Shown here: positions 48,322 through 64,000 of the stretch, piece by piece
Layout: each line of letters opens with the position of its first letter
Position numbering within the stretch: the first letter of the stretch is position 1
Origin: the human T2T-CHM13v2.0 reference genome, Homo sapiens
Strand: one strand, 5' to 3'
Length of the DNA: 64,000 nt
Assembly (NCBI RefSeq): GCF_009914755.1
Contig: NC_060934.1
Translations under genes and position numbers: made by a program
The notes under the pieces: model-generated
Told to the model about the DNA's origin: nothing
The model's database searches: none
The model's input: the letters and a program-made list of their open reading frames with translations, nothing else

Positions 48322-49016
48322 TCAGGAAGGGGCCAAAACCTCGCTCATGTTGTTCTAATGAGATGCTTCAGCAAAGTAGGCTGGAAGTAACTGCCCTGGG
48401 CCGTGTGTGCTGCAGGCTGGGTTTTCTATTCTATTTCTTCCAGTGAACATGTGGTATTTGTACCAAGAGGATCATGTCAATGGGCTTTCTTAGCTTGGAT
48501 GTGTACCTGCAAAATTTAAAAATATATTTTAAAAAATAAAATGTGTAATGAGAAGAGCATATGGTCTCCAGCTCTGAGCGTCAATATTCTTTCCAGTTTT
48601 GCACAGAACGGTAAATTAGTATATGTTCTGCCTTGCAGCGACTCAACCCACTGAGGTCCTGAGGATGACAGGTGACCTCATGGGAGTGGGGCCAGGCTGG
48701 AAGCTCCGCCCCTGGAAAGCTGCACTGAGGAAATAAAATACCTGAAGACTTGATTTTGTCTGTAAAAGCTGTCAGGACGGAGGTTTACATTGATGGGAAA
48801 AAATAGCCAGGATGTAGTTGAAGTTTGTTTAAGTTTATTGGACAGTCTGTGCAAGAAAGCAGCTCCAGGCTGCAGAGGACAGCCAGCAGTAGTGCTGACA
48901 GATTGTACCTGGAACCTGCCTTCCCTCTTCAGTCCCTCCTCAGATATGTCTTTCTATGAAAGGAAGAGATATTTATGTTCTATATCATTAGTTTCCCATC
49001 ATTTTCAAACAAATAG

Positions 49017-49251
<235 letters not shown>

Positions 49252-49746
49252 TAAAGGGTGTTTCTTTGGCAATCATCAACTGGACAGCAGTGTCCCCACT
49301 GGAATTCTTGCCAGAGCACAGCCTCTCCCAGTGGGCAATTGTTCAGTGCACGACATGCATCCATGCCCTAGGTGGGCCAATGGCAACGGGTCTGGCACTG
49401 CTGCTGTCACAGATGCCATGAAATGCTGCTATCCTCAGCTTTTCCAGAGGACCTATGACTTCTGGGTTTCATAACATTTTGTCAAATTCCCTAGAAGACG
49501 TTTCTGAGAAAGGGCATTACCTTTTATTTTTGCAACAAATGGGGCTCAAGAATGTGGGGGCTGTTGGATCAAAGCAAAGGAGGAATAGAGATAAAGCTGC
49601 AAGCCAGTTTATGGGCAGCAGATTGCATAATGGAAATTAATTTTATCAGCCCAACTGCAAGAATATGTGTAAGAGAAAGTTCATGGAAGTTTTACTAACT
49701 CACATGGGAAATAACAAGTCCAAACTCTTCTATGTCAACTTTGAAC

Positions 49747-49955
49747 AGCAGTGTCCAATCTTTTGGCTTCCTTGGGCCGCATTGGAAGAAGGATTGTCTT
49801 GGGCCACACCTAAAATACACTAACACTAACAATAGCTGATGAACTAAAACAAAAATCACAAAAAATGTCGTAATGTCATAAAGTTTAGGAATTTGTGTTG
49901 GGCTGCATTCAAAGCCATCCTGGGCTGTATGCAGGGCGTGGGTTGGGCAAGCTTC
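49747..49955. mobile_element. MER30 DNA transposon
   Basis: gtgtccaatcttttggcttcc.tgggcc.cattggaagaag hallmark. Confidence 0.85.
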
Positions 49956-49956
49956 A

Positions 49957-50274
<318 letters not shown>

Positions 50275-50444
50275 TCACCCACCAGTCCTCTTGTTTGCTT
50301 CTTTAAACTTTATTATCTTAGTTTCTGCTCTATTCAACCAAATTTATTTTCTTCTCTTGTGGCAACTCTTTCTCTTGCCACTGAAACTCTGCAGATGACT
50401 TTTTATTTGGGTGTTTGCAAGGCATTTAGCCTTAGATTTAGTTT

Positions 50445-50915
50445 TGTTTTTAAATAATTATAGATTCACAGGATGTTGATAAGACAGTACAGAGATGTCC
50501 TGGGTGCTCTTCACCCTATTTCTCCCAACGGTTCCATCCCACGTAATGATAGCATAAGATTAGGAGCTGGCCTGGTACCGTGTGTGTATATACTACTTAT
50601 GCCATTTTATCACATGTGCAGATATGGGCAACCTCCACGCCAAGCAAGATACAAACTGTTCCATAACTGCAAAGATCTACCTGTGCTGCATCCTGAGAGT
50701 CACGCCCACCCTCCTGTCCCCAGCACCCCAACCCCAGGCAACCACTAATCTGACTTCCATTTCTATGGTGTTGCCACTTTAATGAAGTTATATCAATGGA
50801 CTCAGAGAGTATGTGATCTTTTGAGATTGGCTTTTTGCACTCAGCATAATGCCTTGGGTTGTTTTATAGATCAATAGTTTGTTCCTTTTCATTGCTGAGT
50901 AGGATTCCAGCACAC
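50445..50915 (-). mobile_element. L1MC/MD 3' fragment
   Basis: tagattcacagga...ccaggcaaccactaatctg...gagattggctttt. Confidence 0.75.
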
Positions 50916-51299
50916 GGCTTTTCACCTTTTCTCCTCCAACTGGAAGGAACCCTTTCTTCCCATCCAATCTTTCTCTCCTTGGAAATCATCACTTCCAACT
51001 TCTCTCCACGGAATTACTTCTGGTTACCTCTGTCCCTCCTTCACTCTCCGTCCTGGCCTGAAGTATTGCATATCCTCAAGGTAGGCTGGGTTTGTGAAGC
51101 ACAGGGGGAAGCTGGCATTTATGGGCCATGAGGGGTGTTGGGGGATTGTGACTCTCCCTCCAGAGCCTCCACCTTGGGACTCACTTGGAGACAGCCCCTG
51201 AGTCTGGAGGTGCTCTCACGCCTCAGGTTGTACAGACTAAGCCTTGTGCTCACTTTTTTCCAGTGGGTTTTGCTGGCCCAGGCTTTGCAGTGCAGCCTC

Positions 51300-51662
51300 A
51301 TGCTTTGGACTGAATGGCGTCCTCTCAAAATACACATGTTGATGCCCTAACCCACAATGTAACTGTAGGTAAGGGCTTTATGGAGATAATTCGGGTTAAA
51401 TGAGGTCATGGGGTAAGGTCTTGATCCAATAGGGCTAGAAGTCTCACATGAAAGAGAGACCAGAGTTTATCTCTCTCTCTCTCTGCTGTAAGGACACAAC
51501 AAGAAGGCAGCTGTCTACCAGCCAGGAAGAGAGTCCTCATCAGGAACTGACACTGCTGGACCTTAATCTTGGACTTTCTGCCTCTAAAACTGTGAGAAAG
51601 AAATGTCTGTTGTTTAACCCACTCAGTCTGTGATATCTTGTTATGGAGCCCAAGCTGACACA
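51300..51662 (+). mobile_element. MaLR LTR (MST/MLT1A-like)
   Basis: tggactgaat...ttaaatgaggtcat...tgtgagaaa.aaatgtctgttgtttaa. Confidence 0.8.
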
Positions 51663-51754
51663 TTTCACACTGAGTTCATTATTACGATTGCTACATTTAT
51701 TGCTACAAATGTAGCAATTGTAATAGTGTTTGAACCTGCCTTTATATAAAATAA

Positions 51755-52092
<338 letters not shown>

Positions 52093-52734
52093 TCCCACTA
52101 ACTTATTTTTACTGTTGTCAGCCTTTTTAAAAAAATTGGTTAATTTTGAGATTAGTTTTCATTTTATCTGTGTTTGGTCATTAAAAGTGCCTTTAATTGA
52201 TTGTTGAGGGAGTTTTCTAAGCTATTGCTTGTTTGGATCATAGTCAGAAAGTGAAAGCTGAATGGAAGTGGCTCAAATTTTTAAACATCTTGTTCCTTTA
52301 CCCCTGGGCTGGGGATCCTGTGAGGGCTTTGTCAGCACTTCTCAGATTCAAGATCTTGATTTTCCAGGGAGAGCCCTGGAGTTGCCTCCAAGTTTCTAAT
52401 GCCCAAGACAAGTTGTCACTTTTATTAGAGAGGTGGAAGTGTATTCCCTTTACATTTAATTCTAAGTACTTCTTCAAAAGCAAAAAAGTAGATTAGTGAA
52501 AAAAGATGAGCCTGCTAATATTTTTCTAGTTTTTAATTTAGAACCCATGGATAGCTTCCAATGTTGAAGGATCTTATCCTATTCCCATTTTCAATATAGC
52601 ACGAACAAGGCTAAAAATTATTTCTCTAAATGATGATTATTTTTTAACCAGCTGACATATGAAATGCCAGAAATCAAAACAATGTTTCTTCCAAAACACC
52701 TGCATTCTTGGTCCACTTCCTTTAGATGTGCTAG

Positions 52735-53038
<304 letters not shown>

Positions 53039-53561
53039 TAGATGTGCTAGGCTCTTGATTACAGTGATGGGTCTCTTTGACCCAAATATTTGCTGGGACA
53101 GCTCAGTATATGTAGGTCCTTATTATTCTTCTATGTATTTAGCATGTTGTATTGACATGATTCATTTCATTCTACAACTTGCTACGCCCATACACTGTGG
53201 AGAATATTTCGCATCCTCAAAAAAGGCCAACTCTGAGTCTGTCTAGAGTCCAGATCTTTCTTGATGGCTCTCAGGTGTTCCTCTGTCTCCACGTGGGTTT
53301 GCCTTGGGAGCTCCTGGCTCACACCTTGTGATTCTCAGAGCCCAGTTTCCACCTGTAATACTGTGCCTGTATTCTCGATGGATCCTGGGCTACCACGGAT
53401 AGGGCGCTGAATTCCGTTTTGATGGTGAATTCTGGAGATTGCTGCTAAGATGGTAATAGCCTGTACTCTCAGAGTTTGTTAGAGTGAAGAAGTCAACAAT
53501 ATTTCTGGTGGACAGTGGGTAGGGCAGGTTGGGGAGAGCTGGTCTGTAGGTATTTTAAGTG

Positions 53562-54046
53562 CAATTGACCCTTGATGAACCTGGATTTGAACTGCACCAG
53601 TCCACTAATATGTAGATTTTTTCAATCAAATTTACACCAAGTGTGCCTGCCTCTCCTGCCTCCCTTCCACCTCCTCCACCTCTTTTGCCTCTGCCACTCC
53701 TAAGACAGCAAGACCAACTCCCCCTCTTCCTCAGCCCTCTCAACATGAAGACAAGGATGAAGATCTTTATGATGATCTACTTCCACTTAATGAACAGTAA
53801 ACACATTTTCCTATAATTTTCTTAATAGAATTTTCTTTTCTGTAGCTTCTTAGATTGTAAGAATACAGTATATCATACATATAACATATAACACATGTGT
53901 TAATTGACTTTGTGTTATTGGTAAGGCTTCTGGTCAACAGTAGGTTATTGGTGGTCGTTTTGGGGGACTCAAAAGCTATATGCAGATTTGTCATTGCATA
54001 GGAGGTTGGCTCCTCTAACTGCTGAGCTGTTCAAAGGTCAACTGTA
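53562..54046. mobile_element. Tigger2a/MER28-like DNA transposon
   Basis: Terminal inverted repeats ca.ttgaccctt...aaggtcaactg, ending in ta. Confidence 0.85.
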
Positions 54047-54051
54047 CTGGC

Positions 54052-54402
54052 TGATATGGTTTGGCTTTGTGTCCCCACCCAGAATCTCATCTTGAATTAT
54101 AATCCTATAATCCCCATGTGTCACGGGAGGGACTCGATGGGAGGTGATTGAATCATGGGGGCGGTTTCCCCCCATGCTGTTCTTATGATAGTGAGAGTAT
54201 AGTTTCATAAGGGGCTTCCCCCTTCCCGCTTGGCTCTCATTCTCTCTCCTGCTGCCCTGTGAAGAGGTGCCTTCTGCCATGATTGCAAGTTTCCTGAGGC
54301 CTCCCCAGCCATGCAGAACTGTGAGTCAGTTAAACCTCTTTCCTTTATAAATTACCCAGTATTAGGTATGTCCTTACAGCAGCATGAGAACAGACTAGTA
54401 CA
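54052..54402 (+). mobile_element. THE1 solo LTR
   Basis: TGATATGGTTTGGCT...GACTAGTACA; near-TSD ctggc/ctgcc. Confidence 0.92.
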
Positions 54403-54668
54403 CTGCCCAAGACAATCTGCTGGGCAGGAAACCAACAGTGAGAGAGTCTTGCAGAATCAGCGTTGGTACAGTATATAGGCCAGGGACTGGACTGAATGCC
54501 TGTATCTCAAGGGTTTCAGCCAAACACATCTGCAAGGATAAGTATTTCTGCAGAACCTAGTAGAGTGCCTCATTGAAGTCTCAGCTTTAGCCATCCTCCA
54601 GTTCAGGGGTAGGAGGCTGCCAGCCGAATAAGAACTGTTTTTTTCTGCTCATCCTCTTTCCTCTCTCA

Positions 54669-55142
<474 letters not shown>

Positions 55143-55392
55143 TTATGTGATGAATAATATCCCAGACTGGATGGTTTTAATTTCCCCACTGAGACAGTGT
55201 TTCATAACATAAGAGTGACAATAGGTTGTCTTTTATCTAAGAGCAGGCCAAAAAGTCATACATCCTGTCCAAGATTTCAACCAGAGGCAGGGGAAGATGA
55301 ACTGGACTGAATATTTCTAATAAAAAACTATGGGAAACAAAAGACTGAGTAAAATAAAAAAAAACCCTCTATATAACATAAATGCCCATTTT

Positions 55393-55584
55393 CTCCTGCC
55401 TCAGCCTTCTGAGTAGCTGGGATCACAGGCGTGTGCCACTATGCCTGGCTAATTTTGTATTTTCAGTAGAGACCGTGTTTCTCCATGTTGGTCAGGCTGG
55501 TCTCAAACTCCTGACCTCAGGTGATCCGCTCACCTTGGCCTCCCAAAGTGCTGGGATTACAGGTGTGAGCTACTGCACCCAGCC
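55393..55584 (-). mobile_element. Tailless (3'-truncated) Alu with perfect TSD
   Basis: TAAATGCCCATTTT at 55379-55392 and 55585-55598. Confidence 0.92.
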
Positions 55585-55927
55585 TAAATGCCCATTTTGT
55601 TTCTTTTTTTTTTCCCCTTTATTGTTTTGGAGACAGGGGTCTCGATACATTGCCCAGGCTGACCTCACACTTCCAACTTCAATCCTCCTGCCTCAACCTC
55701 CCAAGTAGCTAGAAGATTGATTTTTAAGCCACACACTGTGCTTGTTTAATGAACCAACTACATCTCCAGGTGAGCGTATTCAAGGTCATGGAACTGGTTC
55801 CTGGGCCGTTATGTTATAACTGATGCACATGAGGGTTTCTCTTACACTCATTTTGACATTTAATGCTCATAATATTGGTGCCTCTATTAAAACACAGACG
55901 GTGCACATCCCATTTAAACCCAGTTCA

Positions 55928-56251
<324 letters not shown>

Positions 56252-56752
56252 TTAACAGGAATGAGGCTGAGGAGTGACAACTCTTCCTGAGCGTCTCAAG
56301 GCCACTCAGTAAATGGTCGAGGATGATGGTGTGCAAGAAAGATCACCCTGAAACCCATCTCTTGGGAAGCCAATGACTGGAGAGCAGTGTCTAAACAATG
56401 CTGAAATTTTTGAGTTTGAGTCTGAGTAAACACTTTTCAGTTTCAATTTGTACTTTTCCTCTGCTTATAAAGAAACAATGAAACTATGCCATTAGTTTTT
56501 ATTTTCCCATCAGTGACATGGGAACTTAGGTGGCAGATATTGGACCTAAGAAAGCTGGTATGTGTCTAAGTTCTTCAGTGGCTCTGGTGTGAGCCTGGAA
56601 ACCAAGCCTACGTGCTTTGCTGACTTGTACTGTCCTGAGTCTTTGCATAAACTCTGTAGTAATCAGGCATCCAAAGAGGTCATCTGGACAGTTCCCTTCC
56701 TTAAAGCCTTGCTATCTATGGCTGTTCAGTTCAGGGGGCACAACTCTAATCA

Positions 56753-57118
<366 letters not shown>

Positions 57119-57991
57119 ACCCCAAAGCACTCAAATCTAGAAATGAAAGATCTCTAAGAGCTACCTACAGCTCGATAGCGGGGTCTGAGTCTATCTGTTA
57201 GGGAGGAGGATTTAAAGTCTGGAAGCCTACCTAACATTTTGAAAGATTCCTATCCTTTCACCAACCCACTCTTCTGGCAAAAAAGGCTTTGTATGTTGAT
57301 CTTTCAATGAATTCCTTTTTGGACATTGGAAGGTAGAGGGCACGCGCCATTCTGCTCAGCGTCTGACATCCCAACAAACTGTGCCTAAGCTTCTCTGAGA
57401 TGGTACATGGTAGGACCCATCCATGGATGAAAGAAATAAGGAAAATGTGCCGGTGGGTAAATTACCAACGGAAATAAAACCAGTATGTAGAGGAGACAGC
57501 TGCACTTGCTTGCTCATTGCAGCTTCATTCACAATAGCCAAGATATGGACTCTAAGTGTCCATCAGTGGATAAATGGATACAGAAACTGTGCTATATATA
57601 CACAGGGGAGTATCAGCCCTGAAAAAGGAGAAAATCTCTACTTGCAACAACATGGATGAACCTGGAAAACATGATGTTGAGTGAAGCAAGCCAGGCACAG
57701 AAAAACAAATGCTGCAAGATCTCATTTATATGTGAAACGTAAACACGTTGAACTCATAGAAGCTGAGAGTGGCAGTCGCCAGGGTCTGGGCAGAGGGTAG
57801 GGAGGAGGGATAGGGAAGGCGTTGAAGAAAATGTGGTACCTCCACACAGAGGAATATTATTCAGCCTTCAAGGTGAAGGGAAACCTGTCACATGCTACGT
57901 GAGTGAACCTTGATAACATTATGCTAAGTGAAGTAAGCCAGGCAGGGAAAGACAAATACTGAATGATTCCACTTACATAAGGTACCTTAAG

Positions 57992-58059
57992 TATTAACAG
58001 AAGTTTTTGCCCTTACTTTCAGTGACAAAAACCGTAACTACTTCTGCACCAACCTAATA
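57992..58059. mobile_element. MADE1 mariner MITE
   Basis: ...gtttttgcc.ttacttt.a.tg.caaaaaccg.aa.tactt.tgcaccaacctaata. Confidence 0.85.
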
Positions 58060-58184
58060 GTTAAATTCTAGAGACAGGAAGTGGAATAGTGGCTGCCAGG
58101 AGCTGTGGGGAGGGGGAATAGGGAGCTGGTATTTAATGGGGACAGAGTTTTGGTTTTTCAAGATGAAAACCTTCTGGAGATTGA

Positions 58185-58498
<314 letters not shown>

Positions 58499-58897
58499 AC
58501 TATTTTTAACATTACTGAACTGTACACAAAAATAGTTCAGATGGTAAATTTCATGTTACGTGTATTTTCCCACAATTAAAAACAAAACCCTAGGACATAG
58601 TAGTGGCACATAAAATTTTTTTTAATGGAAAAGAGGGAAAAAAAATCTTCGTTAATTCATGACTGCTGCTCCAAGGATGAGTTGCGGGCAAGTTGCTTTA
58701 TTAGCCAAAACAAAATGGAGAAGGAATAATAGGATTGAGGCACTAAACTTAAAAGCAAGACACTCAGACTCTCTTGGGGATGAACATCTGTTCTACCTTG
58801 TAATGTGTTTGGGCTTAGCTGGGTGCATCTGTGAACAGACACACATAAATACACACACACACACACGCACGCAGAAGGTATTTTTTTGTTGGCGCTA

Positions 58898-59314
<417 letters not shown>

Positions 59315-60432
59315 CTAGGAAAGCCACATGTTTTGATGTCGGTGAGCTTTTTTAGATGGAGCAGACTGATGTGCACGGCAACCCCATCCCTGACCCTCCA
59401 CCACCCCGGGGCCCACTCCTGGGAGACAGATCAGTGCTAAGTGAGGCCCAGGGGTGCTGTGAAGTCTCTCTAAGGCAGACTTGCTAAACAAACAGAAGAA
59501 CAATATCAACAGCAGCACAAGAGTTTTTCTGGCCATGTAAAACGTCACAGGCTCTACTTCTGGCTTAATCCCTTATTGTGTAGTTTTGGGAGGACCCTTT
59601 CACCCTTCTTGTTTGTGAAAAACGGGAATCATATCTGGCCCGCTTCTTATAAGCTTCTTGTGAGATCCAGTGAAAAGTAGCAAAGTCAAGATGATTTGTC
59701 TTATGGGACAACTATAAATGTTATGATAAATATCTGCTTTGATGATGCACTTGTCCCCGTTTCTGAAAATAAAGTTGCAAACAGAATTTTGCAATGTTAC
59801 TGATTTCCAATATAAAAATGCTACCCACTACTCTTACCTCGATATTTACATGCTAAAGTTTACTTTATAATTTAGAAAAAATAGGCTTTGCCTTAAGGAA
59901 TCATCTGAAGGTAGACCCAGGGAGAATGATAAGGAAATATAAGATGCACCTAATACAATCTTTGCTCAATTTGCTGGGCCAGGGACACATGCAATTTCCG
60001 AGACTTGCCCACAAGGCGGCGTCAAAGCAACCAGAAACGTCTCTGAACCACATATCTTTGTAAACAACTTCGTTTTGGCAGGACAAACAAAAAGAAAATT
60101 TGGAAGGACAGGAGACAGCTGTGGTGCAAATTAAGGCTTCAAAGCTTGGCGATGTTGGTAAAAAATTTCAGTTTTACCTTAGGAGGAAGAAGTAAAACGC
60201 AAACTCACACGTGCAGCAGAGTGTTCGCCTCAGGAATACTGATATGTGTTAGGAGTTTTGCAGACGTTATGTCTTTTATTGATAAGAACCCCCCTGAGCT
60301 AGGCACAGTTATCCCTCTCCTATAGGGGGTGATGATTGGGCTTAGAAAGGCCAAAGGTCTTACTTAAAGTCTCCTAGTTAGTGAGCTGAGAGCAATGTTC
60401 TGAATCTGGTCTTTCAGGATTTTACCACGTGA

Positions 60433-60822
<390 letters not shown>

Positions 60823-61270
60823 TAAAGAGACTGTGGTGGAGAAACACCAGCAAGGGTGGCCCCTTTCTCTCTCAGCCCCGGGACCTTGCCTCATTGTGAT
60901 CTCTTCTTGTGTTCTGCTCTTTTTCAGTCCTTGCTTTGACCCAAAGAATCAGATGCACAGCTCAAAATGCACAAGGAAACCCGGGAAAGCAGCGAGAGAG
61001 GAACAGTGGTTTCACCGAACGACGCCAGAGCAAGCCTTATCTGTTCTCCTTCAGCCTCAGAAGCTGGGAAGTCAGGTCTGGACAGGCGGGGCTCTGCCAC
61101 CATGATGTGCAACTGGGTGAGTGCTGCCCCAGCAGTCAGTGACCTCCTGGGGCCAATACCAGTGTGGTTTCCAGGGAAATCCGACTTTCTCCAGGGAGCT
61201 GCTTCCATGCATTGCAATCCCATCTGGATTTACTGAGTGTCTAGTGTGCCATAGAAAGTATGATGTTTCC

Positions 61271-61706
<436 letters not shown>

Positions 61707-62559
61707 TCAGGAGGTGCAGCCTAGTGAGACGATCCCCAGTTGAGGGAGCACAGGTGTGTTTTTCATGTGTAGCTCCTGACTCTGCTACGAAATGCATGAG
61801 CTTCTGAGATTTGAGTTCTCCTCACAGGAACGATGGGTGCCTGCCAGATGGCCTCTGTCCCAGCAGTTGTGTGTTCCTGTGTTTTAATTCTCTGCCTCAC
61901 CTAGTCGGCCTTCCCCAGGCCACAGAGTCCCCTCCCTGAAGGTGCTTACAGACACGTTTGTAGGAGAGACAGCAGCGGAACACTCATAAAGACCCTGCAG
62001 GGCAGCATCGACTTAGAATCACACAAGAGAGGCTAACATTTCTCTAAGGCACTGAGGAGGGAGAACACAGCTCCAGTTTTGTTTGGTTTTTGAGGGCAAA
62101 AGGGGCAATGGGGAACTGAGTGAGGTGAAAGAAAACTTCACCAAGTGGATGGTGGGAGGGCAGCCTCCGACCAGGGGTGGGATTTTTCCAGGTGGAGTAG
62201 GGGGAAGCTGGGGAGGGTTATTTAACAAAAGACGCCCAGAGGTGGGGAATTCAGTATACACTTAGAGATGAACTTTTAGGGTGTTTGACTTTGTGTGGTC
62301 GTTTATTCAGGAAGGAGCTGAGGGCTGCTGCTCCAGCCTGTGAGTGGATAAGCCATGGTCCCTGATGGGGAGAAGCTCAATGGATTGGTCAGGTGGATGT
62401 AGAGGTGCTGTGGTTGCACAGGGAAGGGAACAGCAGGTGATTCCTAAAGCCGGTGGCAACTTTAGGGAGAAGGTGACTGTTTGAGGGGAGGGTCACAGAC
62501 CAAGGATGTGCAATGGCAGAGAGGCACAGTGTGGCCTGGCCAGGGAAGGTAGCACTTAA

Positions 62560-62850
<291 letters not shown>

Positions 62851-62929
62851 AAAACCAAGATTTTTAAAAAGTCATTTAATCTCATTATTTTGATGAAGCA
62901 TAGATATTTTTGTAGTATTAATAAATATA

Positions 62930-64000
62930 GTTCTGCAGACACCGCTGCTGATACCCAGGCAAACAGGGTCTGGAGTGGACCTCTAGCAAACTCCAACAGA
63001 CCTGCAGCTGAGGGTCCTGTTTGTTAGAAGGAAAACTAACAAACAGAAAGGACATCCACACCAAAAACCCATCTGTACATCACCATCATCAAAGACCAAA
63101 AGTAGATAAAACCACAAAGATGGGGAAAAAACAGAGCAGAAAAACTGGAAACTCTAAAAAGCAGAGTGCCTCTCCTCCTCCAAAGGAACGCAGTTCCTCA
63201 CCAGCAACGGAACAAAGCTGGATGGAGAATGACTTTGACGAGTTGAGAGAAGAAGTCTTCAGATGATCAAACTACTCCGAGCTACAGGAGGAAATTCAAA
63301 CCAAAGGCAAAGAAGTTGAAAACTTTGAAAAAAATTTAGACGAATGTATAACTAGAATAAGCAATAGAGAGAAGTGCTTAAAGGAGCTGATGGAGCTGAA
63401 AGCCAAGGCTCGAGAACTACGTGAAGAATGCAGAAGCCTCAGGAGCTGATGCGATCAACTGGAAGAAAGAGTATCAGTGATGGAAGATGAAATGAATGAA
63501 ATGAAGTGAGAAGGGAAGTTTAGAGAAAAAAGAATAAAAAGAAACGAACAAAGCCTCCAAGAAATATGGGACTATGTGAAAAGACCAAATCTGTGTCTGA
63601 TTGGTGTACCTGAAAGTGACAGGGAGAATGGAACCAAGTTGGAAAACACTCTGCAGGATATTATCCAGGAGAACTTCCCCAATCTAGCAAGGCAGGCCAA
63701 CATTCAGATTCAGGAAATACAGAGAACGCCACAAAGATACTCCTCGAGAAGAGCGACTCCAAGACACATAATTGTCAGATTCACCAAAGTTGAAATGAAG
63801 GAAAAAATGTTAAGGGCAGCCAGAGAGAAAGGTCGGGTTACCCACAAAGGGAAGCCCGTCAGACTAACAGCTGATCTCTCGGCAGAAACTCTACAAGCCA
63901 GAAGACAGTGGGGACCAATATTCAACATTCTTAAAGAAAAGAATTTTCAACCCACAATTTCATATCCAGCCAAACTAAGCTTCATAAGTGAAGGAGAAAT
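62930..64000 (+). mobile_element. L1PA3/L1PA4-like LINE-1, 5'-truncated inside the 5' UTR; dead ORF1; runs off the window
   Basis: 5' UTR end, then ORF1 ATG at 63120 (MGKKQSRKTGNSKKQSASPPPKERSSSP...). In-frame TGA stops at 63264, 63447 and 63507. Antisense to PRKCQ. Confidence 0.95.

Overview
Human (or very close great-ape) genomic DNA carrying the 3' end of PRKCQ (protein kinase C theta, 10p15) on the minus strand. Three coding exons were read directly: 56224-56036, 45077-44949 and 42501-42346, all phase 0, encoding residues 550-706. A ~1.06 kb 3' UTR follows, then ~41 kb of downstream DNA. The rest is repeat-rich: about 36 Alu copies or fragments, old L1M pieces, a 5'-truncated L1PA3/PA4-type element at the right edge, ERV1/MaLR solo LTRs clustered at 2.4-15.6 kb, DNA-transposon relics and simple repeats. 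Almost all other ORFs in the track are repeat artefacts. I see no convincing new biological system. The best leads are a candidate distal alternative last exon at ~8.6 kb between two inverted LTR8 elements, a composite minisatellite at 27.65-28.03 kb, inverted Alu pairs around the in-frame skippable exons, tandem poly(A) signals, and several informative retrotransposition scars. Repeat subfamily names come from recalled consensus sequences and their boundaries are approximate.
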